IMG/VR virus record: IMGVR_UViG_2974602183_000001
Coordinates: 32,001 to 96,000 of that record
DNA: 64,000 nucleotides
Reading direction: 5' to 3' (one strand)
Origin: a virus
Taxonomy: Duplodnaviria > Caudoviricetes
Shown: piece by piece, positions 61,782-64,000 of the stretch
Layout of the letters: each line of letters begins with the position of its first letter
Numbering within the stretch: position 1 is the stretch's first letter
The notes under the pieces: generated by a model
Seen by the model: only the letters and a program-made list of their open reading frames with translations
Databases searched by the model: none
Told to the model about the DNA's origin: nothing
Position numbers and translations under genes: made by a program

Positions 61782-62921
61782 TTAAGCTTCACCGTCTCCA
61801 GTGTTGATTAGACGGTCAATTTCTGCACTAGTGAATCGGTCAGAGAAGCCTAAGAAGGCCTCGTCCCCTGCTGAGAAGTCAGTAGGAATACCCTTAAAGG
61901 ATAGGCTGGTACTGATAACGTCAGCGGATTCGATACTAGGTACGTCTAGGTGCGCTGTCGGTAGAACGATAACAGCTGCTGGAGCCGTACCGGAGCTAGC
62001 CACACCACCCATAATCACCGCAATCTCAAAACTAGATGTTACTGATTTTTGTTGCAACATGTCCGCTAGTAACTTCTTAGACCCGTTAGTCTTGTCGTCT
62101 AGGTACGCTGTCATCTCACCTGTAATAGATAGAGACCCGGTGTACGAACCGATAGGAACGTCTAAACAGCTAAGGGTACTAGGAGTTAGGAACGTGATGT
62201 TGTTGGTAAATGTAATAGAACCACCAGTGATAGCGATGTCATACGCTGTGTTAGAATTTCTGTTATCAGTAACTCGTAGGACTGTCAGCTTGTTACGGAT
62301 GTAAGAAGCTTGTAAGTTACAGTCTACAGAAAGAACGTTTGCTGGGTCAAATGGTTGCGAAGGTAGCTCTGATAGTAAAGTACCTTGTCCAGTCCATGTA
62401 GTAGAACCAATACCATCAATATCGTTTGAGATTGTTGCTTCACCTACTTGACAGTTCTCAATAACGTACCATGCACCATCTACATTCATGTAAACATGGA
62501 ACTTCAATAGTTCGTGGTGTTGAGAATCTTTAAAGTCTAGAAGCATGTTAACAGGGTTAGAATGAACACCTGCTGCACTAGTAACGTCGAATGGAGAGCC
62601 AGAAGCTAGGGAGTGCCATAGAAGTGCATCAGGAGTAAACTGATACTCGTCACCACTATCTGGAGTGCCATCTGGGTCTACTAAATACGAACGAATGTAA
62701 GTGGAGAATGTCCAATCCGCTGGCTCTAGTGCGTCATTGAAGCGGGCGGAACCACGTGTAGGTGTTGCACCTGCTTCTTCTAATTCAATATCAGAACTCG
62801 TAGGGTTCTGGTTAAAGGATAGGTCGTCCTGCACTTGGATTTCCCAAGTATTGGTTGTGTCGTGACCTGATAGAACCGTACTTACCCACAGACGGGTATT
62901 ACGGAGTAATTTAACTGCCAT
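61782..62921 (-). CDS. pb6: major tail tube protein (T5 pb6-like)
   Basis: LLRNTRLWVSTV, EAG.TPTRGS.RFNDAL.PA.W.FSTYI. Confidence 0.93.
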   Translation of the reverse strand: MAVKLLRNTRLWVSTVLSGHDTTNTWEIQVQDDLSFNQNPTSSDIELEEAGATPTRGSARFNDALEPADWTFSTYIRSYLVDPDGTPDSGDEYQFTPDALLWHSLASGSPFDVTSAAGVHSNPVNMLLDFKDSQHHELLKFHVYMNVDGAWYVIENCQVGEATISNDIDGIGSTTWTGQGTLLSELPSQPFDPANVLSVDCNLQASYIRNKLTVLRVTDNRNSNTAYDIAITGGSITFTNNITFLTPSTLSCLDVPIGSYTGSLSITGEMTAYLDDKTNGSKKLLADMLQQKSVTSSFEIAVIMGGVASSGTAPAAVIVLPTAHLDVPSIESADVISTSLSFKGIPTDFSAGDEAFLGFSDRFTSAEIDRLINTGDGEA

Positions 62922-62943
62922 TTATATAACTCCTAAAATGTTG

Positions 62944-63432
62944 TTAGCAGAATCTAGAATTCTGCGTCTCGTATCTAACACGCAGTCTGATTTCACCCAT
63001 TGCGTCTGGGGCTAGTAATCCCTCGTCCGTCCCAATCTCTTCGGCTACCACCTCAGTTACTCGATGAGTAGTAACCGAACTATCAGGATTTTCTATAGTA
63101 TATTCAAAATCTTCCGTATTGTCAATGAGAGAAATTAAATCAGATATTACTTTCTCTAGCTCCTCGTCATAGTCTTCTATGTTACTAATATATACTCTAA
63201 TGAACATATTATAGTGGTGCCAGTTAAAGCCTCCAGGGAGGTTCTCAATGCGTTCGGTAGATTTAACTACACTTATAAAGGGGAAGTCGGTTATTTCATC
63301 AAAGTGTAGGATTTTGGTAGAGGCATTTCTACCATACACGTTGGTGTAATAAGGGCCAGTTCCTGTAAAGTTATCTTTGATTATTTCTACAAACTTACTG
63401 GCGATTGCTGTCCTGTGTGTTCCATTGCTCAT
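62944..63432 (-). CDS. tail terminator protein (T5 p142-like)
   Basis: HRTAIA, FDEI.DFP, TDEGLL.P..MGEI...VRY. Confidence 0.85.
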   Translation of the reverse strand: MSNGTHRTAIASKFVEIIKDNFTGTGPYYTNVYGRNASTKILHFDEITDFPFISVVKSTERIENLPGGFNWHHYNMFIRVYISNIEDYDEELEKVISDLISLIDNTEDFEYTIENPDSSVTTHRVTEVVAEEIGTDEGLLAPDAMGEIRLRVRYETQNSRFC

Positions 63433-64000
63433 ATTTGTCTAACCTCTATGTTGTAGGCCTTCTCTAAGACTAAGTCCCTAGCAGCCTTGGCCAACGCTTC
63501 TCCAATTATCCTAACAGGGTCTCTAGCCTTCGATGCCAGTGCCTCGCGGGAGGTCCTGCGTGGGTCGAAAACTTGATATGGATAAATCATATAATTAAAA
63601 TATAAAGACAATTTTTGTTTTTGTCTTTTCGATGGTGTGTTAATTAAGGCTACCTTATCCACTACTGCGGAGTTGACAAACCTACCTGTCCTATTTCTAA
63701 GGGGAGTATTTCTTCCTTTGCCTGCAGAAGGTGAAGTCATTTCCTTCAACATATACTCCTTCATTACTAGATTCAGTAGGAACGTTAGGTTCTTCTGGGA
63801 GATTAGCTTACCTCTAGCGGTTTGAATACCTGCCGAAATTCCGTCTTCCCCGCCTGTCTCATCATAGACTATATTAACACTACCAGTTGTTCTTTTTCTT
63901 AAGATGTTCTGGCCAGCCCCCTCTACCTCGAATCCGTATTGAGTGAGTAACTTAGCACCTACGTCCGCTGCGGCGTCAGCCGCGAGTTCTTCAGTAAGCT
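63429..64000 (-). CDS. tail completion protein (T5 p143-like), 5' partial
   Basis: frame open from window edge; LRNRTGRF.NS, PYQVF, RDP..IIG. Confidence 0.8.
   Translation of the reverse strand, partial: LTEELAADAAADVGAKLLTQYGFEVEGAGQNILRKRTTGSVNIVYDETGGEDGISAGIQTARGKLISQKNLTFLLNLVMKEYMLKEMTSPSAGKGRNTPLRNRTGRFVNSAVVDKVALINTPSKRQKQKLSLYFNYMIYPYQVFDPRRTSREALASKARDPVRIIGEALAKAARDLVLEKAYNIEVRQI

Noticed and set aside
57781-62304. Long plus-strand ORFs opposite tail genes (57781-58320, 61064-61705, 61801-62304)
   Set aside because: Antisense shadows of real genes produced by codon bias; low-complexity Ser/Leu-rich translations

Overview
This 64-kb window is the middle of a lytic T5-like siphovirus genome (Demerecviridae); a Vibrio-type host is plausible but is inference only. 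From left to right: (i) 1-12 kb, minus strand: small accessory ORFs interleaved with 21 recognisable CCA-encoding tRNA genes, about 8 CCA/GCA-ended tRNA-like RNAs with missing or rebuilt arms, several 90-180-nt closed-stem ncRNA candidates, an ORF-free, tetraloop-rich ~1.05-kb RNA (GOLLD-like), and HNH and GIY-YIG nuclease genes. (ii) 12-21 kb, minus: nucleotide metabolism (DEDDh exonuclease, RNase H, ThyA, DHFR, NrdB, NrdA with a Gln-ending LAGLIDADG intein, PIN-PhoH). (iii) 21.6-44.5 kb, plus: T5-type replication module (candidate origin/leader, primase-helicase origin-binding protein, D2, D3, split NAD ligase, D5, helicase, primase, Pol A, D10-D15, dUTPase). (iv) 44.6-64 kb, minus: tail module (lateral fibre, p132, pb4, pb3, pb9, pb2, chaperones, p140, pb6, terminator, completion). 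The most unusual items are a giant-ncRNA / coiled-coil-protein / YUGUN-repeat-RNA cassette at 5.3-7.2 kb, the set of tRNA mimics, a compact HK97-fold (capsid/encapsulin-like) gene inserted between the tail chaperones and tape measure, and a promoter-driven ~530-nt fold-back region with exact 56-bp repeats upstream of the origin-binding protein. All calls are from manual reading; no searches or folding programs were run.
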